From: Deltaproteobacteria bacterium HGW-Deltaproteobacteria-13
Lineage (GTDB): Bacteria > Desulfobacterota > Syntrophia > Syntrophales > Smithellaceae
Reading direction: 5' to 3'
Length of the DNA stretch: 64,000 nt
Assembly: GCA_002840555.1 (NCBI GenBank)
Contig: PHBJ01000005.1
Location: 303,577-367,576, forward strand
Shown: one piece after another, positions 29,279 through 38,817 of the stretch
How positions within the stretch are numbered: the stretch's first letter is position 1
How the letters are laid out: every line of letters begins with the position of its first letter
Translations under genes and position numbers: made by a program
Notes under the pieces: model-generated
The model's input: only the letters and a program-made list of their open reading frames with translations
Told to the model about the DNA's origin: nothing
Databases searched by the model: none

Positions 29279-30523
29279 GTGGGAACGATGAATTTTCTTA
29301 TTCATGCTATAGGTTCATATGGTGATGTCCTGCCCCTGATTGCTATTGGGCGGGAATTGCAAATACGCGGCCATGCCGTCCACTTTTTTGTCGATCCTTA
29401 TTTTATCAAACACGCCCAAAACGCGGGATTGGCAAGCACTCCCATCAGCGATGGTTTGTATGAAGCGTTGCTGAAAAGCCCGCTTGCCAACAACCATCTG
29501 AAAGTTCATGATTTACTTTCTGAGGGCTGTGCCGTCTATGGGGAATTGGCGCTGCAAGCCATGGAGCCGCACATTGATAATAACCAAACTACCGTGACTG
29601 TGTGCAATTCATATTCCGGCAGAATACTGCGCGAGTTACGCGGTTGTCCCACGGTATCCGTAAACTATGCGCCTTGTTCTATCCGCTCCAGCATTAACCC
29701 GCCGCGTTATCTGCCACGCGCCATAAAACTGCCGGGAACAGCTTATAAAATATTCTGGTGGATGCTGGATGTCTTTTTCATCGACCGTGTTTATGGCAAG
29801 CCCTTAAATGCTTTGCGCAAAAGACTAGGGTTAAAGCCTGTCCGGCGGATGTGTAATACATGGATGTATAGTGCAGATGTGCAATTAGGATTGTTTCCCG
29901 CCTGGTTTGCCCAAACTCAGGCGGATTGGCCGGCACACTTGCAAAAAACGGGTTTCCCGTTGTTTGACGCAGGTGACGGCACACTGCCCCGGCAAGTGAA
30001 AGCCTTTTTAGAGGCGGGTGAAAAACCAATTGCCTTTGCAACGGGCACATTTAATACAAACTTTAACGATTTTTTTGACGCGTCGATCAAAGCCTGCCGG
30101 CAACTGGGCAAACGCGCCATGCTGATCAGTCCTACACAAGAGCATATTTCACAGTCTTTACCCGAAGGAATAGCTCATTTCAGCTATGTGCCATTTGGCG
30201 CACTCATGCCGCATTTAGCCGCATTTGTGCATCATGGCGGCATTGGTTCTTTGGCCCAGGCCATGGCCGCAGGCATTCCGCAGCTTATCCGCCCGATGAT
30301 CGGGGATCAATTTGACAATGCCCAGCGGATGACAGGTCTGGGCATTGCCAAAGAAGTATTGCCAAAAGATTACACACCGGAAAACGCGGCAAAAGCACTG
30401 TCAGAACTGGTGGATAATCCCGTATACAAACAAAACGCTCTGCGTTACGCCGCTATGCTGAAAAAAGAAAACGGCATCAGCAACGCCTGCGATGCTATTC
30501 TAAAACAATTCGGCGCGCTTTAA
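29279..30523 (+). CDS. GT1-family glycosyltransferase, RhlB/rhamnosyltransferase-like
   Basis: N-terminal 'IHAIGSYGDVLPLIAIGREL..RGH' and the C-terminal UGT box 'FVHHGGIGSLAQAMAAGIPQLIRP...DQFDNA'. Confidence 0.85.
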   Translation: MGTMNFLIHAIGSYGDVLPLIAIGRELQIRGHAVHFFVDPYFIKHAQNAGLASTPISDGLYEALLKSPLANNHLKVHDLLSEGCAVYGELALQAMEPHIDNNQTTVTVCNSYSGRILRELRGCPTVSVNYAPCSIRSSINPPRYLPRAIKLPGTAYKIFWWMLDVFFIDRVYGKPLNALRKRLGLKPVRRMCNTWMYSADVQLGLFPAWFAQTQADWPAHLQKTGFPLFDAGDGTLPRQVKAFLEAGEKPIAFATGTFNTNFNDFFDASIKACRQLGKRAMLISPTQEHISQSLPEGIAHFSYVPFGALMPHLAAFVHHGGIGSLAQAMAAGIPQLIRPMIGDQFDNAQRMTGLGIAKEVLPKDYTPENAAKALSELVDNPVYKQNALRYAAMLKKENGISNACDAILKQFGAL

Positions 30524-30743
30524 ATTGTGGCACTCTGTCCCCCGCTGGCGCGAAGTCGATAAAGTTTCCGAGGGGTGACCCGATGCGAAATCGGAACGGG
30601 GTGGAATTTTCTCCCCCCCCCTTAACCCTTAAATCTTAAAACTTGAATCTTCTCTTTTCTCCATTTTATTCTTGCAATGTTTTCAAGAAGTTGTATTATT
30701 ACGCGTAGCCTAAAAATAAGCGAAATACAATCCAATCAAAATA

Positions 30744-33095
30744 ATGACAACTAAAAAAGACCTGACGGAACGTGATATTTGCACGAAATACATTACTCCA
30801 GCCTTAGAAAAAGCAGGTTGGGATACAATCACACAAATACTAGAAGAATATTCCCTTACTAAAGGGCGGGTTATTGTGCGTGGCAAGCTTCATACAAGAG
30901 CAAAGAATAAACGCGCCGATTATGTTCTCTTCTATAAACCGAATATCCCCATCGCGATTATTGAAGCAAAGGACAACAACCGCACTATCGGTGACGGCAT
31001 GCAGCAAGCTTTAGGTTATGCAGAGCTTTTGCATGTACCTTTTGTTTTTAGTTCCAATGGTGATGGCTTTCTATTTCACAATAGCATCGCAACCGACGGG
31101 ACTGTTGAACGCGAAATTAGCTTAGATGAATTTCCGTCACCAGAAACATTATGGCGCATGTGGTGCGCAAACAAAGGCATAACGAGCGAACAGGAATCGA
31201 TTGTTACGCAGGATTATTATAGTGATAGTGGCAATAAAATACCACGCTACTACCAGATACTGGCAATAAATAAGACCATCGAAGTCATTGCAAACGGCAA
31301 TAATCGTATTTTATTGGTTATGGCAACTGGTACAGGTAAAACATATACTGCGTTTCAGATTATTTGGCGGCTATGGAAAGCACGAGCAAAGAAGCGAATA
31401 CTGTATTTAGCAGATCGGAACATTCTTATTGACCAGACTATGACCAACGATTTTAAGCCTTTCGGTTCTGTAATGACGAAAATTCAGAAGAGACAGGCAA
31501 ATAAATCATACGAAATTTATTTGTCACTTTATCAAGCCGTCAGCGGGACGGAAGAAGAACAAAATATCTATAAACAATTTTCACCAGATTTTTTTGATCT
31601 TATTATAGTTGATGAGTGCCATCGTGGGAGTGCGGACGAAAATTCCAATTGGCGCAAGATTCTTGATTATTTCGTATCGGCCACGCAGGTGGGTATGACC
31701 GCAACACCAAAAGAAACAGAGGACATATCAAACTCGATCTATTTTGGCGATCCTATTTACACATACTCATTACGACAAGGCATCGATGACGGATTTCTTG
31801 CACCATATAAAGTCGTGCGCATTGATATTGACAAAGACCTAACCGGTTGGCGTCCGGATAAGGGCATGGTCGATAAATATGGCAATGAGATTGAAGACCG
31901 AATTTATAACCAGAAAGATTTCGATAAAACTTTGGTTCTTGAAGAGAGGACCATCTTAGTCGCTAAGAAAATATCGGAATTTCTAAAACAGACAAACCGC
32001 TTTGATAAGACAATTGTCTTTTGTGACAATATTGATCATGCCGAGCGTATGCGGCAAGCGTTGGTAAATGAAAATGCTGACTTGGTGGCCGAAAATAATA
32101 AATATGTAATGCGCATAACAGGCGACAATGAAGAGGGGAAATTTGAGCTAGACAACTTCATTTTCCCGGAATCAAGGTACCCTGTAATTGCTACTACCTC
32201 AAAATTAATGTCTACAGGCGTTGATGCCCAAACATGCAAATTGATTGTATTAGACCAGATAATAAAGTCACCAACAGTATTCAAACAGATTATTGGACGT
32301 GGTACGCGTATTAATGAAGATTATAACAAATATTATTTCACAATCATGGATTTCAAAAAGGCAACGGAACTTTTCGCTGATCCTGCTTTTGATGGTGATC
32401 CGGTCGTAATATACACGCCTAAGCCGGGAGAGTCACCGGTGCCACCTGATGAGCTAGAAAGTAGTGATCAGGTAGATGGGGGTACAACTTTAACAGATGA
32501 TTGGATTAACCCGGATAGCGAGGAACCGGTCAAGATTAAGAAGTATTATGTTGCCGACGTACATGTCTCAATTGTTGCTGAAAGAGTTCAGTACTATGAC
32601 GCTAAAGGCAAGCTTATTACGGAATCTCTCAAAGATTATACAAAGAAGACGCTTGATAAAGAATTTACTTCTCTTGATGATTTTCTTACAAAGTGGAGTT
32701 CCGCGGACAAAAAGCAAGTCATTATTACAGAACTTGCGAATGAAGGTGTATTCTTTGATGCATTGGCAGAAGAAATTGGAAAGGAACTGGATCCCTTTGA
32801 TATTGTCTGTCACGTTGCATGGGATAAACCACCGCTAAGTCGTAAAGAAAGAGCCGAGAATGTTAAAAAGAAAGATTACTTCTCAAAATACAGCGAACAA
32901 GCACAAAGAGTTCTTAACGCCTTACTGGAAAAATACGCAGATGAAGGCGTTGTGCACATTGAAGAGACACAGATTTTAACTATTAATCCGTTTACACAGT
33001 TCGGGACACCGATGGAAATCATAAAAATATTTGGCGGTGTAGATCAATATCAACATGCCGTTCAGGAACTGGAAAAGGCTATCTACGCAGCATAA
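30744..33095 (+). CDS. hsdR: Type I restriction enzyme R subunit (EcoAI/EcoEI, type IB-like)
   Basis: 'RADYVL...IAIIEAK' nuclease motif, 'MATGTGKT', 'DECHRG', 'TATP', 'QIIGRGTR', and an EcoEI-like C-terminus. Confidence 0.95.
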   Translation: MTTKKDLTERDICTKYITPALEKAGWDTITQILEEYSLTKGRVIVRGKLHTRAKNKRADYVLFYKPNIPIAIIEAKDNNRTIGDGMQQALGYAELLHVPFVFSSNGDGFLFHNSIATDGTVEREISLDEFPSPETLWRMWCANKGITSEQESIVTQDYYSDSGNKIPRYYQILAINKTIEVIANGNNRILLVMATGTGKTYTAFQIIWRLWKARAKKRILYLADRNILIDQTMTNDFKPFGSVMTKIQKRQANKSYEIYLSLYQAVSGTEEEQNIYKQFSPDFFDLIIVDECHRGSADENSNWRKILDYFVSATQVGMTATPKETEDISNSIYFGDPIYTYSLRQGIDDGFLAPYKVVRIDIDKDLTGWRPDKGMVDKYGNEIEDRIYNQKDFDKTLVLEERTILVAKKISEFLKQTNRFDKTIVFCDNIDHAERMRQALVNENADLVAENNKYVMRITGDNEEGKFELDNFIFPESRYPVIATTSKLMSTGVDAQTCKLIVLDQIIKSPTVFKQIIGRGTRINEDYNKYYFTIMDFKKATELFADPAFDGDPVVIYTPKPGESPVPPDELESSDQVDGGTTLTDDWINPDSEEPVKIKKYYVADVHVSIVAERVQYYDAKGKLITESLKDYTKKTLDKEFTSLDDFLTKWSSADKKQVIITELANEGVFFDALAEEIGKELDPFDIVCHVAWDKPPLSRKERAENVKKKDYFSKYSEQAQRVLNALLEKYADEGVVHIEETQILTINPFTQFGTPMEIIKIFGGVDQYQHAVQELEKAIYAA

Positions 33096-33110
33096 GTAAG
33101 GGAGTATACA

Positions 33111-34565
33111 ATGCCGATTGGAACACTAATAAAAGTCATTCAGGATATCATGAGGAAAGATGTCGGCGTCGACGGAGACGCCCAGCGCATCAGCCAGATG
33201 GTCTGGCTTCTTTTTCTGAAAATCTTTGATGACAAAGAGAAGGAATGGAGAATAACGAAAAAGAAGGACTACAAGTCTCCATTACCAAGCCGTTTCCAAT
33301 GGTCGAATTGGGCAGCTAATCCCGAAGGTGATACGGGAGAAGAACTGATTGACTTTGTAAATAACGATCTGTTCCCTGCGCTTAAGAAGCTGGCAACAAC
33401 AGCTGGCGTTTCTCCGCCTGGCAGAGTTGTCGGTAGCGTGTTTGAAGATGCCTATAACTATATGAAATCCGGTACACTGCTTCGGCAGGTGATCAACACC
33501 ATTCAGGAAGATGTTGATTTTAATTCTTCGGAGGATAGACATCTTTTTGGCGATATTTATGAAAAGATTCTGAGCGATCTGCAATCAGCTGGTAACGCCG
33601 GAGAATACTATACGCCACGCGCGGTAACCAAATTCATGGTTGACATTATCAACCCACAACTTGGTGAAACGATTTTAGACCCGGCGTGTGGTACCGGTGG
33701 CTTTTTAGCTAACAGCATTGAACATCTTAAAAAGCAGCTCAGGACAGGCAAAGACACTGAAATTTTGCAAAACTCTATTCGTGGTGTGGAGAAGAAGCCC
33801 ATGCCACACATGTTGGCCATGACCAATATGATGCTTCATGGAATTGATGTACCTACTAATATTCTACATGATAATACGCTAAGCCGACCACTAAAGGACT
33901 ATGGCCCCAAGGATAGAGTTGATTGCATTATTACCAATCCTCCTTTTGGTGGCATGGAAGAGGATGGCATCGAAGGTAATTTCCCTAAAAAGTATCAGAC
34001 TCGGGAAACAGCTGACCTTTTTCTAGCTTTGATCATGCATCGCCTGAAACCGGACACGGGAAGAGCCGCAATAGTTTTGCCTGATGGATTTTTATTTGGT
34101 GAGGGCGTCAAGACAACCATCAAGAAAGAGCTTCTCCAAGAATTTAATTTACATACAATTGTTCGTTTACCCAATGGTGTATTCAGTCCGTACACTGGAA
34201 TTAAAACAAACATTTTATTTTTTGAAAAAGGCACACCAACAAAACAACTCTGGTTTTTTGAACATCCCTATCCTGAAGGTTACAAATCTTATTCGCGTTC
34301 AAAGCCACTGACTATACAGGAATTTGATCTTGAGAAAAAGTGGTGGAACAAACGCAAACAGAATCAATATGCCTGGAAAGTGTCAGTTAAGGAGATTGAA
34401 GATAAGCATTATAATCTCGACTTCAAAAATCCCCATGTTGTAGATGTTGAACATGGCGATCCGGATGAACTGATGAAGGAGTATGAAAAAATTTCAAAAC
34501 AACTCATTGCTACCCGTGATGCGCTAAAGAAAGAGCTGATGCAATCGCTCGGAGGCGGCAAGTAA
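33111..34565 (+). CDS. hsdM: Type I restriction-modification N6-adenine methyltransferase M subunit
   Basis: 'GEYYTPR', 'DPACGTGGFL' (SAM binding), 'TNPPF' (catalytic). Confidence 0.96.
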   Translation: MPIGTLIKVIQDIMRKDVGVDGDAQRISQMVWLLFLKIFDDKEKEWRITKKKDYKSPLPSRFQWSNWAANPEGDTGEELIDFVNNDLFPALKKLATTAGVSPPGRVVGSVFEDAYNYMKSGTLLRQVINTIQEDVDFNSSEDRHLFGDIYEKILSDLQSAGNAGEYYTPRAVTKFMVDIINPQLGETILDPACGTGGFLANSIEHLKKQLRTGKDTEILQNSIRGVEKKPMPHMLAMTNMMLHGIDVPTNILHDNTLSRPLKDYGPKDRVDCIITNPPFGGMEEDGIEGNFPKKYQTRETADLFLALIMHRLKPDTGRAAIVLPDGFLFGEGVKTTIKKELLQEFNLHTIVRLPNGVFSPYTGIKTNILFFEKGTPTKQLWFFEHPYPEGYKSYSRSKPLTIQEFDLEKKWWNKRKQNQYAWKVSVKEIEDKHYNLDFKNPHVVDVEHGDPDELMKEYEKISKQLIATRDALKKELMQSLGGGK

Positions 34566-36259
34566 TGAAGCTGCTGGAACGCCACTTTGAGATAGCGCTG
34601 GAAACACCAGATGGTATAACCAAACTGCGCGAACTGATACTTTTACTAGCAATGCAGGGAAAGTTGATTGAGCAGAATCCAAAGGATGAGCCAGTTCAAT
34701 TTCTACTGTCCAGAATTCATGACGAAAAAAATAAACTGAATTTAAAAATTGAACAAGGTAATAACAGTTGTACTGGACTGGCTGGACTCCAAATTCCTGT
34801 AACTTGGAAATGGCAATGCCTAAACAACATTTTAGTTTTTGGGCCGACAAATGGGTATTCCCCAAGAGTTGTTCAATACGAAACTCCAGTTCGTTCTCTT
34901 ACACTAAGTGCTACAACCACTGGCAAATTCAAAGGAGAATACTCGAAATTCATTCCGGACAATATTCCATCTGATTCTCATCTCTGGCTTCGAGACGGGG
35001 ATATTCTAGTCCAGCGCGGCAATACATTAGAATACGTAGGTGTTCCTGCTGTCTATCGGGGTGAACCGAATCACTTTATATATCCGGATTTAATGATGAA
35101 ACTTCGGGTTTCGCGTGAAATTGATACAAACTTCATTTATTTTATGATGAGTTCCGAACCATGCCGTAATTTTCTCCGATCTCATGCATCAGGTACATCT
35201 GGAACTATGCCTAAAATTAATCAAGCTACACTAAAGAGTCTGCCCATCCCTGTGCCACCATTAGCTGAACAAAAGCGTATAGTAGCTAAAGTCGAACAGC
35301 TCATGTCCCTCTGTGACAAACTGGAAACCGAACGCATTGATAAAAACAACAAACGGTTTAAAGTCCATGCTGCTGCGGTCAAAAGGCTGCTTTCTGCATC
35401 AGATGCACTTTGTTTCCATTCATCGTGGAAATTTATTACGAAGAATTTTGACGAACTTTATTCTGTTCAAGAAAATGTCGAAGAATTGAAGAAAACTATC
35501 CTACAACTTGCCGTAATGGGTAAACTGGTGCCACAAGATCCGAAGGAACTACCGACTAGTGAATTATTGAAAGAGATTGCAGTGGAAAAGGCGCGTCTAA
35601 TGAAAGCAGGAAAAATTAAAAAGCAGGAGTCGCCACCACCAATCAAACCAGAGGAGATGTCTTATGCCATACCTCGCATGTGGGAATGGGTGCGACTAAG
35701 TGGAATTGGTAGAATATTTAATGGGAATAGCCTTAATGATCAACAAAAAAGTATATATTCAAAAAATAATTCTGGGTTACCTTATATTTCGACAAAGCAT
35801 GTAGGTTATGGAGCAGATCAGATTGATTATTTGGGTGAAATCATTATTCCCCTCAATGAGGATAAGTTTAGAGTAGCACATAAAAACGCTTTATTAATTT
35901 GCTCAGAAGGCGGTAGCGCTGGTAAGAAAATAGGGCTTATTGATAGAGATGTTTATTTCGGTAATAAGCTTATCGCCAATGAGGTTTATCCAAACGTTGA
36001 CGTGAAATTGATCTTTTATATTTATCAATCTCCTTATTTTCAAGATTTATTCAGAGCAAAAATGACAGGCATAATTGGTGGAATCCCATTTAGCGCATTC
36101 CTAAATATGCCAATTCCCCTACCACCGCCCGCCGAACAAAAGCGCATTGTCGCGAAAATTGATCAACTCATGGAACTCTGCAATACCCTTGGGCAGCAGA
36201 TTAAAGATTCCACAATAAGGCAGACTGCTATTCTCGATTCCGTCTTGGCAAGGTTGTAG
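34565..36259 (+). CDS. hsdS: Type I restriction-modification specificity subunit
   Basis: Two TRDs, each followed by 'P.P.PP.AEQKRIVAK..QLM.LC..L', and repeated 'L...IL.LA..GKL..Q.P'. The start overlaps the hsdM stop (TAATG). Confidence 0.95.
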   Translation: MKLLERHFEIALETPDGITKLRELILLLAMQGKLIEQNPKDEPVQFLLSRIHDEKNKLNLKIEQGNNSCTGLAGLQIPVTWKWQCLNNILVFGPTNGYSPRVVQYETPVRSLTLSATTTGKFKGEYSKFIPDNIPSDSHLWLRDGDILVQRGNTLEYVGVPAVYRGEPNHFIYPDLMMKLRVSREIDTNFIYFMMSSEPCRNFLRSHASGTSGTMPKINQATLKSLPIPVPPLAEQKRIVAKVEQLMSLCDKLETERIDKNNKRFKVHAAAVKRLLSASDALCFHSSWKFITKNFDELYSVQENVEELKKTILQLAVMGKLVPQDPKELPTSELLKEIAVEKARLMKAGKIKKQESPPPIKPEEMSYAIPRMWEWVRLSGIGRIFNGNSLNDQQKSIYSKNNSGLPYISTKHVGYGADQIDYLGEIIIPLNEDKFRVAHKNALLICSEGGSAGKKIGLIDRDVYFGNKLIANEVYPNVDVKLIFYIYQSPYFQDLFRAKMTGIIGGIPFSAFLNMPIPLPPPAEQKRIVAKIDQLMELCNTLGQQIKDSTIRQTAILDSVLARL

Positions 36260-36263
36260 ATAT

Positions 36264-38135
36264 ATGCGTTTACAATCAATCTACATAAGCGATTACAAAA
36301 ACCTCAAAAATTTCAAACTCGAATTTGATGGTCAAAGCTTCATTGATGTGTTTGTCGGGAAAAACGGAACAGGTAAATCAAATCTCTTTGAGGCGCTCAT
36401 CGAAATATTTCAACATCTATATGAGTTCGGCAAATACGATATCAGTTTTGACTATTCCATAAAGTATCAAATTGGTCCTGCAAATGTCGAAATTACTTGG
36501 CAGAGAAATAATCTATTCATAAATGGCGCAAGTCGGAAAACTCTACGTGGCACATCACTACCGGATAATGTTCTTATTTACTATTCTGGTCACAACACTA
36601 AAGTTACAGACCTTGTTCAGTCTTATGAAGAATCATTCAAAAAGGCCATCAAGCGAGCGGAAATAACGGATACGCGGGAATTTATCGGAATTGGAAAAGA
36701 ATACAAACAACTACTTCTGTCTATTTTGCTGATGCAGAAAAATGATAACAAAGCGAAGCGTTTCATCTGCCAAAAATTGGGCATTAAAACTGTTGCGCCT
36801 TTAGTAAAAGTCATTTTGCAACGTCCCTCCTATGCAGAAGGCAATTCTACCTACGATATCGTAAACAACGACGAAACTGATCGCTACTGGAAACCGGCTG
36901 GGATCACAAAGATATTTCTGGATCGGTTATCAAGATGTATAGATAAAGATTTAGGTAGCCCCGTACGATCAGAAGGGTATTTCCCGGTAGATGACGAGTA
37001 TGACCGAGGTGATTACTACATCCTGTACTTTAGCATTGAAAAGATTCAGGAGGAATTCAGCGATTTAAGTGCGCAGGAACTTTTCCGTCAATTCGATAAC
37101 CTAAAAACTCTCGGGATGTTGCAAGACATTTCAATAGATATTAAACTCGACAACGGTGCTGATGCAACAACTGATTATTTCAGCGACGGTCAATTTCAAT
37201 CGGTTTATATTTACTCTATTATTGAGCTTTTCAAAGATCGTAATTGTTTAACTCTACTCGACGAACCAGACTGTTTTCTCCATCCCGAATGGCAGTTCAA
37301 TTTTCTGAATCAGGTATTTGAGATAACCGACACCGCCGCTAAGAACAACCACGTCCTGATGAGCAGCCATAGCGCATCGACAATTACTTCATTGACAGAT
37401 TCGCATATTAATATTTTCGAAATTAGTGGGAATAAAGTAGTTGTAAATCGAATTGCAAAACCTGATGTGATAAAATCACTGTCGGCGGGTCTAATCACAC
37501 TTTCTGAAAGCGAAGCTAGATTAAGCATTCATCATGTATTGAATAATACTACTGGCGCAGTTGTGTTTACGGAAGGTATTACTGACGAAATGATTCTTGA
37601 AACTGCATGGTCAAAGTTGTTTCCAGGTGAAACCAGAAAATTTGAAATCCAAAACGCGTTTAGCTGCGGTTTTCTCCGTAATTTAATCAAAGAAGGTGAA
37701 ATATTTCGTAATTATCCTGGTCGTATTTTTTTCTCTGTTTTTGATTTTGATGAGGCTTACGATGACTGGAACCAATTGGGTGCAGAAATTCAAAGTGACC
37801 CTTGCAAGTGCCTTACGAAAAAGCATAGTACCTATGAGGCATATTCTTTTCTTTTGCCGGTTCCCCAAAGTCCTATTATATCAAAACAGGTGATCAATCC
37901 TAATAATGGAAAAACTTATGGCAACAAATCATTATTAACGATTGAATTGTTATTTCATGGCATCCAGGGCCTTGATAAATACTTTGTTGTTGATATCGAA
38001 CGAACAGACGGTTTTTTAAAATTTATTAGCGATAAAGCTAAAGAAACATTTGCAAAAGATGTTGTTCCAACTATCGAACCTACACATTTTGAAGTTTTCC
38101 GTCCGATGTTTGATTTTATAAAAAGCAAATGTTGA
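36264..38135 (+). CDS. ABC-type (AAA_21-like) ATPase fused to a C-terminal TOPRIM-like domain (OLD/AriAB-like)
   Basis: Walker A GKNGTGKS, signature-like FSDGQ, Walker B/D-loop LLDEPDCFLHP, H-loop SSHS. The C-terminal part has 'VVFTEGITDE' and 'FDFDE', a TOPRIM E...DxD pattern. Confidence 0.8.
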   Translation: MRLQSIYISDYKNLKNFKLEFDGQSFIDVFVGKNGTGKSNLFEALIEIFQHLYEFGKYDISFDYSIKYQIGPANVEITWQRNNLFINGASRKTLRGTSLPDNVLIYYSGHNTKVTDLVQSYEESFKKAIKRAEITDTREFIGIGKEYKQLLLSILLMQKNDNKAKRFICQKLGIKTVAPLVKVILQRPSYAEGNSTYDIVNNDETDRYWKPAGITKIFLDRLSRCIDKDLGSPVRSEGYFPVDDEYDRGDYYILYFSIEKIQEEFSDLSAQELFRQFDNLKTLGMLQDISIDIKLDNGADATTDYFSDGQFQSVYIYSIIELFKDRNCLTLLDEPDCFLHPEWQFNFLNQVFEITDTAAKNNHVLMSSHSASTITSLTDSHINIFEISGNKVVVNRIAKPDVIKSLSAGLITLSESEARLSIHHVLNNTTGAVVFTEGITDEMILETAWSKLFPGETRKFEIQNAFSCGFLRNLIKEGEIFRNYPGRIFFSVFDFDEAYDDWNQLGAEIQSDPCKCLTKKHSTYEAYSFLLPVPQSPIISKQVINPNNGKTYGNKSLLTIELLFHGIQGLDKYFVVDIERTDGFLKFISDKAKETFAKDVVPTIEPTHFEVFRPMFDFIKSKC

Positions 38136-38142
38136 ATAATTG

Positions 38143-38172
38143 TAATTCCGGGAAGAGTATATTAATTATTGA
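38143..38172 (+). repeat. Direct repeat copy 1 flanking the TA module
   Basis: taattccgggaagagtatattaattattga; 26 of 31 aligned positions match copy 2. Confidence 0.75.
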
Positions 38173-38175
38173 CAA

Positions 38176-38445
38176 TTATCGGAACAAATCGGCATGGGTT
38201 CCGGTGCGTTCAAAAACTATCTTGTTTTCATCAAATCGATAAATCAAGAGCCAATCAGGCTCCAGATGGCATTCCCGACGATCTTTAAAGTTCCCTCTGA
38301 GCAGATGATCCTTCATTTTGATCTCAAGCGGTTTTTCGTTTATCAGTAAAATAATTGCAGCTTTAATTTTAGATACATCACACCCACGTTTTCGCATTCT
38401 TTTTAAATCTTTTTCAAAACGGGTTGTATATACCGGTATAAGCAT
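38176..38445 (-). CDS. yafQ: YafQ-family (RelE superfamily) mRNA interferase toxin
   Basis: 'DHLLRGNFKDRRECHLEPDWLLIY' and 'RTGTHADLF'. Confidence 0.93.
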   Translation of the reverse strand: MLIPVYTTRFEKDLKRMRKRGCDVSKIKAAIILLINEKPLEIKMKDHLLRGNFKDRRECHLEPDWLLIYRFDENKIVFERTGTHADLFR

Positions 38446-38705
38446 TAGATACCTAATTTACGGAACATATCTTTTGCAGATTTACTTTCCACAAGCCCCT
38501 TGCCGGAATCGCTGTTCCTGAATGTTTTGAGAGTTTCTTCATTAGGAATTTCCACGGGGAAAGGAAGACCGCGTCTCATCTTGACCTGATGGAAAAAAAG
38601 ATTCAACGCCGCAGTTGTAGAAAGTCCCAATGCTGAAAATATTGCTTCGACTTCCTTTTTCAATTCTGTCTCTGTACGGGCATGGATCATTGCTGATTTT
38701 GCCAT
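38445..38705 (-). CDS. dinJ: DinJ/RelB-family antitoxin
   Basis: RHH-like N-terminus, then 'GLSTTAALNLFFHQV....GLPF....PNEET'. Overlaps the toxin start. Confidence 0.92.
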   Translation of the reverse strand: MAKSAMIHARTETELKKEVEAIFSALGLSTTAALNLFFHQVKMRRGLPFPVEIPNEETLKTFRNSDSGKGLVESKSAKDMFRKLGI

Positions 38706-38739
38706 AATTTCACCTCTTGTATTTAAATCTCGTGTATTT

Positions 38740-38761
38740 TTGTATCACATTTGAGATACAA
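38740..38761. promoter_or_regulatory. Probable TA autoregulatory operator palindrome
   Basis: ttgtatcaca-tt-tgagatacaa (9/10 arm match) just upstream of dinJ. Confidence 0.6.
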
Positions 38762-38771
38762 AGTCAATTGA

Positions 38772-38802
38772 TAATTCCGGGGACAGTATGCTTGATTATT
38801 GA
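38772..38802 (+). repeat. Direct repeat copy 2 flanking the TA module
   Basis: taattccggggacagtatgcttgattattga. Confidence 0.75.
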
Positions 38803-38817
38803 AATAAGAAGCAATGA

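Noticed and set aside
18154-30523. Classical NRPS/PKS cluster
   Set aside because: Condensation-like proteins are present, but there are no adenylation-thiolation modules, carrier proteins, ketosynthases or PPTase in the window.
30600-30660. C-rich stretch (ctcccccccccttaaccctt) before hsdR as another REP copy
   Set aside because: It lacks the complementary G-run needed for the hairpin, and the similarity is too weak.
17600-38800. Defined genomic island with att sites
   Set aside because: Gene content and AT-richer stretches suggest horizontal origin, but no integrase or matching boundary repeats were found, so no mobile_element feature is called.
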